Source: Candidatus Zixiibacteriota bacterium
GTDB taxonomy: Bacteria > Zixibacteria > MSB-5A5 > GN15 > JAAZOE01
DNA: 64,000 bases
NCBI GenBank assembly: GCA_043819555.1
Contig: JBDREQ010000003.1
Location: 64,001 to 128,000 of the forward strand
Direction: 5' to 3'
Shown here: one piece after another, positions 22,873-33,600 of the stretch
Layout: each line of letters begins with the position of its first letter
Position numbering within the stretch: the stretch's first letter is position 1
The notes under the pieces: generated by a model
Databases searched by the model: none
What the model was told of the DNA's origin: nothing
What the model saw: only the letters and a program-made list of their open reading frames with translations
Position numbers and translations under genes: made by a program

Positions 22873-23082
22873 TTATGGTTTTTCTTCTTCGTTTTCTTTT
22901 TTCATCGCATCGGCGTCGTAAGAAAAATGCATCTGAGTAATCACCCAATTGCCTTCTCTTTTTTCCAAAACGCCAGTATATCGGACATTTATCCAATTTG
23001 CAGGTTGGCCGTTCCATTCATTGATATCATCAAGAATCGTCGAAAACCATGCAACCGTTCCCGATTGAGACAAATTAATCCT
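22873..23082 (-). pseudogene. C-terminal fragment of NTF2/SnoaL-like protein
   Basis: RINLSQSGTVAWFS...RYTGVLEKREGNWVITQMHFS is a typical NTF2-like C-terminus. No credible 5' part is present. Confidence 0.6.
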
Positions 23083-23963
23083 CGTTTCCCACCTCGCTGG
23101 CGGCGACTGTTACCCTGGGAGTAGCCCCACTATTGTTTTTGCAGGTGATTTATGGAGAGTTTTTTTACTCGGCGACAATAATTTCCGGATGGAATTGGTT
23201 CATGATTGTACCGATTGTGATTGTCGTTTATTATTTACTGTATATCGCGTCTCTAAAAAAGAACCTGGCGGATAAGAAAAGGATAACATTACTATCGATT
23301 GCGGCCGTTGGATTGGTTTATGTTTCATATACCCTTACGATGATTTCCGATTTGGCATCCAAGACGGAACTGTGGGCAGGCTTATATCAAACCTCGCCGG
23401 AAGGCTTCAGCCTCAATCCCAACTGGGTTCAGACATTTTTCCGCTGGGGGCATTCAATCGCCGGAGCCTTGACAGTCGCCGGAATCATAATTCAGCTATT
23501 CGCGCTGTACTATAAAAAAGTCAAAGGCAATCTTGAGCTATTTGTTTATGGACGCAGAATATTTATGATTGGGATGATAAAGGCAGCTATTTTGGCGACG
23601 ATTTATTTACTGGTTATAGACTGGGACATCCTGATAGGTTTTCTATCGTCGCCGGGACTGCATGTGCTTTTGATGGCGATAGCCGTTAATATCGTCGCGA
23701 TTATAATAAATTATCGAGTGTCCGATGCGGAGAAAAATCGAGGGACGATATTGACCACGGCTGGATTGGTATTTGTGGGAATGTTCCTGATGGTTATGGC
23801 CAGACATTTCCTGCGCCTGGTTTATCTCGATGGAATTTTTGACCCGGCCCGCCTTGATATACAGACCCAGATGGGGCCGTTAATTTTATTTTTGACATGC
23901 TTTGTATCGGGAGTAATCGTTACAATCTGGATGATCCGAAGATATTTTTCGACGATCCAATAA
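23079..23963 (+). pseudogene. 5'-truncated polytopic membrane protein
   Basis: Frame opens after TAA at 23076 with no ATG or RBS and reads SFPTSLAATVTLGVAPLLFLQVIYG, i.e. it begins mid-helix. Confidence 0.55.
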
Positions 23964-24090
23964 ACCCAGGCGCTCAAGTAAGTTGGGGGGGACTCACCCG
24001 AAAGGACTTAGTTAGAGGTTGGGTAACCGGACCACAGCTCCCCCGAACAGAAAAAACAGGGAACTGACATATAAAAATGATATTTTCTCC

Positions 24091-24131
24091 TTGACATATA
24101 ATTTCTATATAGTATAGTACTATATAGAAAT
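24091..24131 (+). promoter_or_regulatory. Promoter with perfect 14-bp inverted-repeat operator (probable MarR site)
   Basis: TTGACA-N16-TATAGT overlapped by ATTTCTATATAGTA-tag-TACTATATAGAAAT. Confidence 0.75.
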
Positions 24132-24154
24132 AAAATAATTTAAGAGGACTTAAA

Positions 24155-24619
24155 TTGAATACTGATGAAATGAAACAAAAATGCCTTAGCCTGATGAACA
24201 GTACCGATATTTTGTACATGTCAACAATTGGGAATGACGGCTTCCCTCATATCAGAGCGGTTATGAATCTAAGAAACAAGAATAATTATCCAAATCTGAC
24301 AGAGATTTTCAGTCAAGCTGACATGGACTTTCAGACATATTTTGCCACCAAAACTTCATCGGATAAGGTCAAACATATTGCTGCCAATGACTCGGTCTGT
24401 TTATATTATTGCTTTCCCGAGAAATTTCAGAGCGTTATGCTGACCTGTCAGGCTCAACCCGTCCTTGATTTGAAATTGAAACAAATGTTCTGGCAGGATG
24501 ATTGGCAGCAATTTTTCCCGGATGGTTATAACGATCCCAACTATACTCTGTTGCATTTTGTGCCGTTGTATGCAAAAGGCTGGTGGGTAAACTCCGTATT
24601 TGATTTCAAATTACGCTAG
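24155..24619 (+). CDS. Pyridoxamine 5'-phosphate oxidase-like (general stress protein 26 type) FMN-binding protein
   Basis: STIGNDGFPHIRAV, YFATKTSSDKVKHI and DPNYTLLHF. Confidence 0.85.
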   Translation: MNTDEMKQKCLSLMNSTDILYMSTIGNDGFPHIRAVMNLRNKNNYPNLTEIFSQADMDFQTYFATKTSSDKVKHIAANDSVCLYYCFPEKFQSVMLTCQAQPVLDLKLKQMFWQDDWQQFFPDGYNDPNYTLLHFVPLYAKGWWVNSVFDFKLR

Positions 24620-25060
24620 GTGAATATGAAGTTAAAACGTCAAGGCGGATTTTTGATTGCAAAGATACACAGATTAGCCGGTCGAATATTTACCAAAAAG
24701 CTCAAGGGTCATAATATAGATATTATTAATCCGGCGCAGGGCAAAATTATGTTCGTGCTATGGAAAAACGATGGCCTTTCAATAAGTGAGCTAGCCGCCA
24801 AAACATCGCTCGGTAAATCAACCCTGACAAGTATGCTCGACCGCCTGGAAAATGCCGGTCATCTGAAACGGGTTGCCTCAGATTCTGACCGGCGCAAATT
24901 TCTATTATATCGTTCCTGCAAGGATAAAAAGATGGAAAAATTGTATACCGAGGTATCGGAAGAAATGAACAGGCTTTTTTATAAAGGTTTCACCAGTACA
25001 GAGATTTTGCAATTTGAGGATAATTTGCTGAGAGTGTTAAATAATCTTGAATCATTTTGA
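24620..25060 (+). CDS. MarR family transcriptional regulator
   Basis: ISELAAKTSLGKSTLTSMLDRLE winged HTH and DRR wing. Confidence 0.93.
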   Translation: MNMKLKRQGGFLIAKIHRLAGRIFTKKLKGHNIDIINPAQGKIMFVLWKNDGLSISELAAKTSLGKSTLTSMLDRLENAGHLKRVASDSDRRKFLLYRSCKDKKMEKLYTEVSEEMNRLFYKGFTSTEILQFEDNLLRVLNNLESF

Positions 25061-25096
25061 AAATGGAAATCTGAACAGATAGAGAAAGGATGTTTT

Positions 25097-25702
25097 ATGG
25101 GTAAACTCGATTTATTATTTATGTCAAATCGGCGGGAATTCATGCTGGAGACAGTACCGGTATGCGGAATGTCATGCCTCGCTCTCGCCAATTTTTCCAG
25201 CCTGATCAATGCCGGAAATGGGGGTAACGAGCAACCGGAAAAACATAAATTTCAAAAAGATTTTATCCAGACTTATGAACAAGCATTTCGCTGGCGGTAC
25301 GAATACTTTATTGAATATATGACCCGGTTCGGTGAATACCTTGGACGGGAAAACCTTGTCAATATGCTATTAAAGGCAGTTGATGATAGTAATCCGCCGG
25401 CTACAAAATCAGATCCTGATTTTTCATTCAGTAAATGGCTTGAAGGCGGCAAGATATATGAAAATATGATGAGTAAGATTGTTATTGAAAAAACTGATAA
25501 CGTTTATGAAATGAAAGTCACCGAATGTCTGTGGTGGAAAATATTTAAGGAGCATAACGCCACCGATATCGGTTATGCCGCTGTTTGTTATACAGATTTT
25601 TCATACGCACAGATGGTTCACCCTCAGTTACACTTGAAGCGTACCAAAACGTTGATGCAAGGTCATGATTGCTGCAACCATCGCTGGGAGTTTAATGGTT
25701 AG
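25097..25702 (+). CDS. L-2-amino-thiazoline-4-carboxylic-acid hydrolase-like protein with Tat-like leader
   Basis: VTECLW, C-x2-D and RTKTLMQGHDCCNHRW; SNRREFML at the N-terminus. Confidence 0.75.
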   Translation: MGKLDLLFMSNRREFMLETVPVCGMSCLALANFSSLINAGNGGNEQPEKHKFQKDFIQTYEQAFRWRYEYFIEYMTRFGEYLGRENLVNMLLKAVDDSNPPATKSDPDFSFSKWLEGGKIYENMMSKIVIEKTDNVYEMKVTECLWWKIFKEHNATDIGYAAVCYTDFSYAQMVHPQLHLKRTKTLMQGHDCCNHRWEFNG

Positions 25703-25825
25703 TTGGGTTCGGCGAACCCTTCAAGAATAAACGCAGCGTTTCTTCGAATGGATTCTCTCAAGGAAATTAGACTGGTTCAAATATGGGATCAAAACAAATT
25801 CAGAATATGGGTAACATTATTCAGA

Positions 25826-26404
25826 CTAAATTATTTTTTCAAATTCCGCTCGGAAGATATGTTCCGGTTGGGCGCCAATCAAGCGGCCGGTTTCCTTGCC
25901 GTTGGCATCGAGGAAAACAGTAGTTGGGATGCTCTGCCCCAAACCAAATTCACGGGTTGAATATGCATCGCCATATACGATCACCCAGGGAATATCCATT
26001 TGCTCCACATAAGGGACAACACGTTCGATTGTGTTTTGCTGGTCAACCGAAATTCCAATAATTTCTATTCCATGAGATTGATACTCGGCATAAAGTTTTT
26101 TCAGAGTCGGTAGTTCTCTCAAACAAGGCCCGCACCAGGTCGCCCAGAAATTTATTACAACCGGTTTACCGGCGAACTCGGACCATTTCCGAATGTTTCC
26201 GTTAAGGTCGCGTAATGAGAATCGTTCACGATTCATTGATGGAAGGTTTTTATCCGTACTTTGCGAAGTTCCCGCGGATTCTTTCTGAATCGTTCCGGCT
26301 TGAGTAGTATCCGTATCGCTTTTCCCACATGACGTATTGAAAACCAAGGCGCCTAAAATGATTAATACCGAGAAACTCAGGAGTGCTTTGTGATTTAATT
26401 TCAT
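25826..26404 (-). CDS. TlpA/ResA-family thiol-disulfide reductase lipoprotein
   Basis: NFWATWCGPC, cis-Pro IPTT and a lipobox-like TSC. Confidence 0.92.
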   Translation of the reverse strand: MKLNHKALLSFSVLIILGALVFNTSCGKSDTDTTQAGTIQKESAGTSQSTDKNLPSMNRERFSLRDLNGNIRKWSEFAGKPVVINFWATWCGPCLRELPTLKKLYAEYQSHGIEIIGISVDQQNTIERVVPYVEQMDIPWVIVYGDAYSTREFGLGQSIPTTVFLDANGKETGRLIGAQPEHIFRAEFEKII

Positions 26405-26433
26405 AATTGAATTATGCAAGGCGTTGAGTCAGT

Positions 26434-27012
26434 TTAGGGTTTGTCTTTATTCTTATCTTGTTCTTTTTCGGCAAGAAACTGCTTGAAGTCCATTGTTTCG
26501 TATTTGTCATCTTTGAGGTATAGCAAAATGTTTATCAAATTTTCAGCCGTTTGATATCCGCGGAGCGGCGCGAGTTTTTCTCCATCTGATTTCAAAAACC
26601 AGAAATAAGGAAAAGAATGAACCCCTAATTCACCGGCCAGTTTTCGGCCGGAAGTGAACCATCCGTCAACATTTATTGTGTCGCGGGATTCGCCATCAAG
26701 GGTGATAGAAATATAGTACTCATTCAGGGCTTTGATGATTTCCGGGTCTTTAAATGTTGTGGCGTGCATTCGCTTGCACCAACCGCACCAGACCGCCGAA
26801 AATTCAAGAAAAATCTTTTTGCCGCTTTCTTTGGCCAGCTTCAAACCTTCAGGATAGCTGACCCAGTTTATCTCGTCCCTCGAGGCGGACTTATTTTCCT
26901 GAGATTTCGCAGCCGGGTCCTTTTTGGGAGACGAATCGGCAAAAATTAAGCCTGAAAATATAATAAGGATAAAAACTGACAGAGGAAAATTAAGTTTATT
27001 TACGGTGCTCAT
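26434..27012 (-). CDS. Exported thioredoxin-fold protein (SoxW/DUF255-like)
   Basis: Signal peptide, WCGWC and SFP. Confidence 0.85.
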   Translation of the reverse strand: MSTVNKLNFPLSVFILIIFSGLIFADSSPKKDPAAKSQENKSASRDEINWVSYPEGLKLAKESGKKIFLEFSAVWCGWCKRMHATTFKDPEIIKALNEYYISITLDGESRDTINVDGWFTSGRKLAGELGVHSFPYFWFLKSDGEKLAPLRGYQTAENLINILLYLKDDKYETMDFKQFLAEKEQDKNKDKP

Positions 27013-27117
27013 AATGCTCCAATGTATCCCCAAATCAATGCCGGCAATAGATTATACAGTACCATTAGCCTTTAGTTTACCTCAATATCGAAAAAAATCA
27101 AGAGCTTTCTTGTTTCT

Positions 27118-30100
27118 TTAGTTATTTGCCGGCGCCAAATATGCTCTTCCACCGCCAAGAAGCTCTTTGATTTTATCGACCATTTCGCCTTCCAGGCTTA
27201 CCTGCAAGTTGCGGGGTTTAATCTGCAATTCCTCACCGTTGTGGCGCGTCAAAATTATTACCTCATTTTTACCGCGATGAGATTCTAATATCGGCCAAAT
27301 CGCGTCTATTTTGGAAAGATCCCGAGTATCCAAATTCAGTACCAGGCGGCAATGGTAATAATCACTTAAGTCCTTAAGCGGTACGATATTGGATACGATC
27401 AATTTGGCCGCCTGGCCCTCCCGGGTCGAAACTCTGCCCGAGGCCAGCACAATCCCATCAACCTTAACAAAGCTTTTTGCCTTTTCATAACAGTCAGAAA
27501 AGACGATAAGTTCCATACTTCCCGCAAAATCCTCGATGGTGACGAAGGCCATTTGATTGCCGCGCTTATCGAGCATAACCTTGATATTCTGAATTATTCC
27601 CCCAATACGAACTTCCCGGCCATCATCCTGAGAACCTATTTCACTTGAATTAAGCCCAGCGAATCTCTTTATCTCGTTTCGGTAGCGCATCAGAGGGTGG
27701 CCGGAAACATAAAATCCCAACATCTCTTTTTCTTTGCCCAGCCGTGCGGAAACCGGCCAATCATCGATAGCCGGTAATTCCGGAGCACGCCGAGTGGCAT
27801 CTTCTTTGCCTCCCCCAAACATATCCACGGTGTAAGATTTTTCCTGGATAGTCTGACCGTAGGATATCATTTGTTCCATAACCTCAGTCATGGCGGCACG
27901 ATTATCATAAAGAGAATCAAATGCTCCTGCGGCAATCATTGATTCCAATGCCCGGCGATTAAGAGCATGCAAATCGACGCGGGAGACAAAATCGGCCATC
28001 GAACTGAATTTGCCGCCCTTTTCCCGAGCTTTGATGATTTGTTCAACCGGCCCGGATCCAACGTTTTTGATAGCCATCAACCCAAAAAGAATCTTATTTT
28101 CAGAGACGGTGAATGAACCCAATGACTCGTTTACATCGGGTGGAGTCACTTCAATACCCATCCTGCGGCATTCATCCATGAAAGCCACAACCCGGTCGGA
28201 ATCACCCATTTCCGAAGACATAACGGCGGCCATGAATTCATGAGGATAATGAACTTTGAGCCAGGCCGTTTGGTAGGCAACAATGGCGTAGCAGGTTGAA
28301 TGAGCGCGGTTAAAACCGTATCGGGCAAAAGTTTCAATCAGGTCAAAAATTCTCTCGGCAACATTTTTTTCAACTTTATTGTCAATTGCGCCGTTAATAA
28401 ATCGGGTTTTTTGTTCCTGCATTATCGCGACATCTTTTTTGCCCATCGCTTTGCGCAATAAATCGGCCTGGCCAAGGCTATATCCGGCCATCTTGTTGGC
28501 AATTTGGAGGACCTGCTCCTGAAAGACAATAACACCGTAGGTATCCTTGAGAATTTTCTCGAGCATGGGATGGTCATAGGCAATTTTTTCTTCTCCATGC
28601 TTGCGTTTGATATAAATATCGATCATGCCGGAATCGAGAGGCCCGGGACGATAGAGAGCGTTCATCGCGATCAGATCGGTTAAAACGGTCGGTTTCAGTT
28701 TTTTTAGATAATCGCGCATCCCGGCCGATTCAAATTGGAAAACGCCGATGGTCTGGCCTTTGCCAAAAATATCATAAACTTCATTAACATTCAGATCGAT
28801 ATTATCGAGATCGATTTGATTATTGTGATTGGCGGCTATCATTGTTTTCGCATCATCAATAACTGTCAGGGTTCTCAAGCCCAGAAAATCCATTTTCAAA
28901 AGGCCGATCATCTCAATGTTTTTCATTGAATACTGGGTTGTGACCTCGCCTTTGGATCCTTTGAAGAGCGGTACATAATCAGTCAAGTTTGCGGGAGCAA
29001 TGACAACTCCGGCGGCGTGAGTCGAAGCATGCCGGCACAGACCCTCCAGTGTTTTAGATAACTGAATCAATTTCCCGATTCGCTGGTCTTCAGTGACCAG
29101 TTTTTTAAGATCAGGATTCTGCTTGAGGGCTTTTTCAAGAGTCATATCCGGAGCCGCGGGGATCATTTTGGCGATCTTATCGACTTCGGCATAAGGCATG
29201 TTCAGCACTCGTCCAACATCGCGAACGACGGCACGGGCGGCCATAGTACCGAAGGTAATAATCTGCGTGACGTTATCGGACCCGTATTTTTTCTGAACAT
29301 ACTCAATAATTTTATCGCGATACCGGTCGGCAAAATCAATATCAATATCCGGCATTGATATTCGTTCCGGATTTAAAAATCTCTCAAAAAGCAATTCGTA
29401 TTTTATAGGATCAACATTGGTTATACCAAGGCTGTATGAAACCAGCGAACCAGCCGCTGATCCGCGTCCGGGCCCAACGGCAATACCGTTATCACGGGCG
29501 TACTGGACAAAATCCATTGTGATCAGGAAATATCCCGCCCAGCCAAGCTGGCTGATTACACCCAGTTCGAAAATCAGACGCTCTTCCAACTCAGGTGTTA
29601 TTTCAGGATAAAGCTTTGCCAGACCTTCGCGGCATAGACCTTCCATATATTCATCCGGGGTTTTGTCTTTAACAGGAATTGGAAAAGTGGGGAGCAGCAG
29701 TTTGCCGAATTCTATTTCAAGATTACATTTTTCGGCAATTTTAATGGTATTCTCGATCGCGGCTGGATAGTCAGAAAATAATTCCTGCATTTCCTCGGCC
29801 GATTTGAAATATATTTGATCGGTATCATAGCGCATTCGATCTGTATCGGAGACCAGTTTTCCGGTTTGGATGCATAATAAGGCATCGTGCGCTTCGGCGT
29901 CTTCACGGTTAATATAGTGGCTGTCATTTGTCGCCACGAGAGGCAACCCCAGCTTTGAAGCAAGATCAATTAACTTTGGTCTGACATCGTTTTCCACCGC
30001 CAAATTGTGGTTCTGTATCTCAATAAAGAAATCTTCGCCGTCGAATAGTTCTGCGTAGAATCGGGCGGCTTCTTCGGCTTTATCCTGATCATTGCGGCTG

Positions 30101-30552
30101 AGCCAGTATGGTATTTCTCCCTTAAGACAGGCTGACAACGCGATCAATCCTTTACTATGTTCCGATAATAATTCGCGGTCAATGCGGGGGCGGTGATAAA
30201 ATCCCTCACGGTAAGACGACGACGAAAGTTTCATCAGGCTCTTGTAACCGACTTGATTTTTGGCCAGAAGGACCATATGGAAACCGCCATCAGGATATCC
30301 GGGAACCCGCTTGTGGTCGAGCCTGGAAGTTCCGGCAACGTAGGCCTCAATTCCAATAATGGGCTTAATTCCGGCTTTCCTGACGGCTCTGTAAAATTCG
30401 ATGGCGCCGAACATATTACCGTGATCAGTTATGGCCATAGCCGGCATTTTGAATTTTCCGGCCGCGGTAATCAGATCGGAGATACGACTGGCTCCGTCAA
30501 GGAGAGAGTATTGGGTATGATTGTGGAGGTGGACAAATCCGCTGTATTTCAT
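27118..30552 (-). CDS. dnaE: DNA polymerase III alpha subunit
   Basis: PHP domain HLHNHT, GRGSAAGS, PDIDID, KMDFLGL and an OB fold. Confidence 0.98.
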   Translation of the reverse strand: MKYSGFVHLHNHTQYSLLDGASRISDLITAAGKFKMPAMAITDHGNMFGAIEFYRAVRKAGIKPIIGIEAYVAGTSRLDHKRVPGYPDGGFHMVLLAKNQVGYKSLMKLSSSSYREGFYHRPRIDRELLSEHSKGLIALSACLKGEIPYWLSRNDQDKAEEAARFYAELFDGEDFFIEIQNHNLAVENDVRPKLIDLASKLGLPLVATNDSHYINREDAEAHDALLCIQTGKLVSDTDRMRYDTDQIYFKSAEEMQELFSDYPAAIENTIKIAEKCNLEIEFGKLLLPTFPIPVKDKTPDEYMEGLCREGLAKLYPEITPELEERLIFELGVISQLGWAGYFLITMDFVQYARDNGIAVGPGRGSAAGSLVSYSLGITNVDPIKYELLFERFLNPERISMPDIDIDFADRYRDKIIEYVQKKYGSDNVTQIITFGTMAARAVVRDVGRVLNMPYAEVDKIAKMIPAAPDMTLEKALKQNPDLKKLVTEDQRIGKLIQLSKTLEGLCRHASTHAAGVVIAPANLTDYVPLFKGSKGEVTTQYSMKNIEMIGLLKMDFLGLRTLTVIDDAKTMIAANHNNQIDLDNIDLNVNEVYDIFGKGQTIGVFQFESAGMRDYLKKLKPTVLTDLIAMNALYRPGPLDSGMIDIYIKRKHGEEKIAYDHPMLEKILKDTYGVIVFQEQVLQIANKMAGYSLGQADLLRKAMGKKDVAIMQEQKTRFINGAIDNKVEKNVAERIFDLIETFARYGFNRAHSTCYAIVAYQTAWLKVHYPHEFMAAVMSSEMGDSDRVVAFMDECRRMGIEVTPPDVNESLGSFTVSENKILFGLMAIKNVGSGPVEQIIKAREKGGKFSSMADFVSRVDLHALNRRALESMIAAGAFDSLYDNRAAMTEVMEQMISYGQTIQEKSYTVDMFGGGKEDATRRAPELPAIDDWPVSARLGKEKEMLGFYVSGHPLMRYRNEIKRFAGLNSSEIGSQDDGREVRIGGIIQNIKVMLDKRGNQMAFVTIEDFAGSMELIVFSDCYEKAKSFVKVDGIVLASGRVSTREGQAAKLIVSNIVPLKDLSDYYHCRLVLNLDTRDLSKIDAIWPILESHRGKNEVIILTRHNGEELQIKPRNLQVSLEGEMVDKIKELLGGGRAYLAPANN

Positions 30553-30640
30553 GTTCAAAAACTCAAGTTAAGGGTTCTGAGGATATGGTAACAGAGTAAT
30601 CGCTTCGTTCAAAGATAAATATTGAAAAAGATAAAATTTC

Positions 30641-32881
30641 CTATTTTCGTGATGCTTTTTTACCTCGTGCAAGGATAATATCATCCGGGTCAAAGCGGAC
30701 ATTTTTGATTTTATTGGGGAATGGCCCCAGTTCAAATGAGTGATTTTGACCGACTCCGTCAACACGGAACAGCTGTCGTTGACCGTTATCATACTCAATC
30801 TCAATAGGATACGGCGTTGAAAACGATTTGTCGACATCGGATACGGAAATCTCAAAGCCAAGTTTATCTCGGCCTTTCTCATCTTTTAAAACCTGATATA
30901 TACTGGTGAAACTGGGCACTCTCCATTCGTAGAGCCACTGGCCAAAAAACTCCATTGCACGCTTTTCGCCCATCGCCCGTGCCGCGACCAGAATAAATTC
31001 GTTGCTCGTCACCCGCTGTCCCTGATATTTACGATTGAATTCCCCGAGCATATTGAGAAAAAAATCAGTCTTGTAATCGGGGCCGTCAATTTCAAAATGA
31101 AGCATACGCAGCATATAGGCCGCCTTGGCATAGATGAGAGCGATATAATCTCCGGGAGAATATGATTGCACAAAACGGCCTCCCAATGCAATCGGCCCCG
31201 CTTTGTATCCTCTGGAATATAAATTTCCGATTTTTCCTTCCTCGATTATTTGCCTTTTCCATTCGTCGACTATTTCCCGGCAGTAGATAGAATTATGTTT
31301 TATCTTCCAAAGATATAAAAACGAGGAATATTCTGCGATGCCTTCCGCCAGCCATGCATCGCGATAAGTTTTGGGGGTGACGGAATGTCCCCACCATTCA
31401 TGCGCGACCTCGTGAGCAATGAGATTTGTCAAATCTTTCATTTTCAAATATGAATAACCGGGGAAGTGAATTAATCCCGGGCTGCTTATACCGGCGAAAT
31501 AAGGCTGGTCAACTACGCGAAGTTCTATAGTTTGAGATTTTCCAAACCAAAATTCAAATGCGCCGAAAGAAGCGATGATATCGGAAAGTACAAAACGCGG
31601 AATATCCTGATTAAATATTCCGATATTATTCTGGGGTTCCACATATAAAGTGATTGGTATGGCTAAACTGGAATCGCAGTAAATGTCATATTTCCCTGAC
31701 GCAAAACTAATATACGAGATGAGATTATGGCTATGATACGTTATCATCCTGATATCACCATCAATCGCTTCCGATATTTTTTCCCCAACCGAATTTAGAG
31801 TCAGGTCTTTATGCAACGTATAATTGATGATAAAATAAGAGAGATTTGGGCGGGGTGTATGTGGAAACCATACCGCAATTGACTCGCGATAATCATATCC
31901 CTCATAACGCGCCGCGACAAATTTGCCCCGATAATAAACTGTAATAAAATCACTACCCACATCTGGTTTTTCTCTTTGGGATACATATAGATTCGTTCGG
32001 AATTGCTTTTTGAAAAACGAAAGACTGTTGCCCGACGCATCTTTGACAGAATCAACTTTATAAAGATGAGGCAGGTATAGATTCATTCCTCGAGGATCCG
32101 TATCGGACGCGAATACAATGCGGCAGGATGCCTCCAATCGTCCCGATTCCTTGAGAGTAATATCAATTACGGTAGTATCAACATTTATCGGTTTGGATAT
32201 TAAAAACTCGTCCAATCCATAACCGGCAACCATATACGGCCGGTTGTCCAGTTCATCATAGACATACAACCGCAGCTGCTCATCGATGTCGGGAGACAGG
32301 CGGGTAACCAGAAGTTTATCATTATCAAGCGCGGCATCGATCCAGATCGGTGGAGGATTTGCTTCTGCTTCAGACCAGACGCCCAGTTCGCATCCCAACT
32401 CATTTCCGAAATACCTGTCAGCCGCCTTCTGTTGATAAGTCAATTTATGATAATCGCGGCCATTGATTTTATCTTTTGACCATTGAGTCGAATCCACTTC
32501 AAATAATTGCGGGATATTTTTGCCGCATATATAGGCCGTTGTGAATTCAATATTCGCCGTGCGGCCAAAACGCATGTACCAGAGATTATCCAGTGATATT
32601 GAATCGAGAATAACAACTCGACCCCGACCGATAAAACAAAAATCATAATGCGGATCGTTATTTTTCCTGTGATGCAGCTCGCCTTCTTCAAATATATAGC
32701 GCACCTTATCGGAATAATCGATGACAATATTGTTTATTGGAACGCTCTCGGTTTTCTGACCGAACCGTCCATTGATTTCCGGGAATTTTGAATATTCGTC
32801 GGCATGGGCAATCGAAGCAGTAAATAAAATCAATGCTGACAGAAATGGGCATATATGACTTAAGAAAGATATACTATTCAA
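30641..32881 (-). CDS. M1 family zinc aminopeptidase-like protein, exported
   Basis: HEVAHEWWG...WLAEG gluzincin motif, YAKA and a signal peptide. Confidence 0.85.
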   Translation of the reverse strand: MNSISFLSHICPFLSALILFTASIAHADEYSKFPEINGRFGQKTESVPINNIVIDYSDKVRYIFEEGELHHRKNNDPHYDFCFIGRGRVVILDSISLDNLWYMRFGRTANIEFTTAYICGKNIPQLFEVDSTQWSKDKINGRDYHKLTYQQKAADRYFGNELGCELGVWSEAEANPPPIWIDAALDNDKLLVTRLSPDIDEQLRLYVYDELDNRPYMVAGYGLDEFLISKPINVDTTVIDITLKESGRLEASCRIVFASDTDPRGMNLYLPHLYKVDSVKDASGNSLSFFKKQFRTNLYVSQREKPDVGSDFITVYYRGKFVAARYEGYDYRESIAVWFPHTPRPNLSYFIINYTLHKDLTLNSVGEKISEAIDGDIRMITYHSHNLISYISFASGKYDIYCDSSLAIPITLYVEPQNNIGIFNQDIPRFVLSDIIASFGAFEFWFGKSQTIELRVVDQPYFAGISSPGLIHFPGYSYLKMKDLTNLIAHEVAHEWWGHSVTPKTYRDAWLAEGIAEYSSFLYLWKIKHNSIYCREIVDEWKRQIIEEGKIGNLYSRGYKAGPIALGGRFVQSYSPGDYIALIYAKAAYMLRMLHFEIDGPDYKTDFFLNMLGEFNRKYQGQRVTSNEFILVAARAMGEKRAMEFFGQWLYEWRVPSFTSIYQVLKDEKGRDKLGFEISVSDVDKSFSTPYPIEIEYDNGQRQLFRVDGVGQNHSFELGPFPNKIKNVRFDPDDIILARGKKASRK

Positions 32882-32899
32882 ATGGCTGGCCTCAAGTTA

Positions 32900-33526
32900 C
32901 TATTTAATGGCATCAATCACGAATGAAACACCAATATAAAGCAAAAACAAGGCGCATATGCTTATTAAAATATAGTATGGTTTTCCGGCCAGAAGTTTTT
33001 TCCCGGCGGCGATTAAAAACGAGACAAAACTATACCAAACCAGATCCGATAATATATGCCCAAAATAAAAGACGATGGGACCGGCGATTCCGTGTGAAAG
33101 AGATTTGCTCATCAAAGCCGACCCGACTGTCGCCCACCAGACAAACCAATAGGGATTTGACAGCGACGCGGTAATGCCCTTGCCGACCAGAAGCCCTGAA
33201 CTTGAACCGGGTTTATTTGCGTCAAACGAAATTTTCTTTCGGATGATATCGTACATCATCATCCCGCCCATTAATATCAGCGCTATTCCACCCAGAAGTC
33301 CTATGATTTTGAAGGCCGTTGCTGATGAGAATAACTCGAGAAGTCCAAATGCGAGAGCAAACACTACTGCCAACTCGGCGATAGCGTGGCCAATAATCAG
33401 AATCGGACCCGACCAGAATCCTTTGCGAGTCGCTTCGGCAATATTAACGGTCAGAAGTGGCCCCGGCATTAACGCCCCGGAAAACCCAATCCCAAATGAC
33501 ATAAAAAACAACGCGATTAAACTCAT
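32900..33526 (-). CDS. LysE family translocator
   Basis: ALMPGP and SNPYWFVWW; about six TM helices. Confidence 0.9.
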   Translation of the reverse strand: MSLIALFFMSFGIGFSGALMPGPLLTVNIAEATRKGFWSGPILIIGHAIAELAVVFALAFGLLELFSSATAFKIIGLLGGIALILMGGMMMYDIIRKKISFDANKPGSSSGLLVGKGITASLSNPYWFVWWATVGSALMSKSLSHGIAGPIVFYFGHILSDLVWYSFVSFLIAAGKKLLAGKPYYILISICALFLLYIGVSFVIDAIK

Positions 33527-33600
33527 GGGAAGAATATACGAAAGAAATCAACGGGCAGTAAACAGGAAATGTCGGGGTGTGACCTGACGGTCTTTATAAT

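Noticed and set aside
25705..25760. Short hairpins between convergent genes
   Set aside because: They are weak, single-copy here and explainable as termination signals.
27118..30552. Intein or split in dnaE
   Set aside because: The length is normal, motifs are continuous and no intein signatures were seen.
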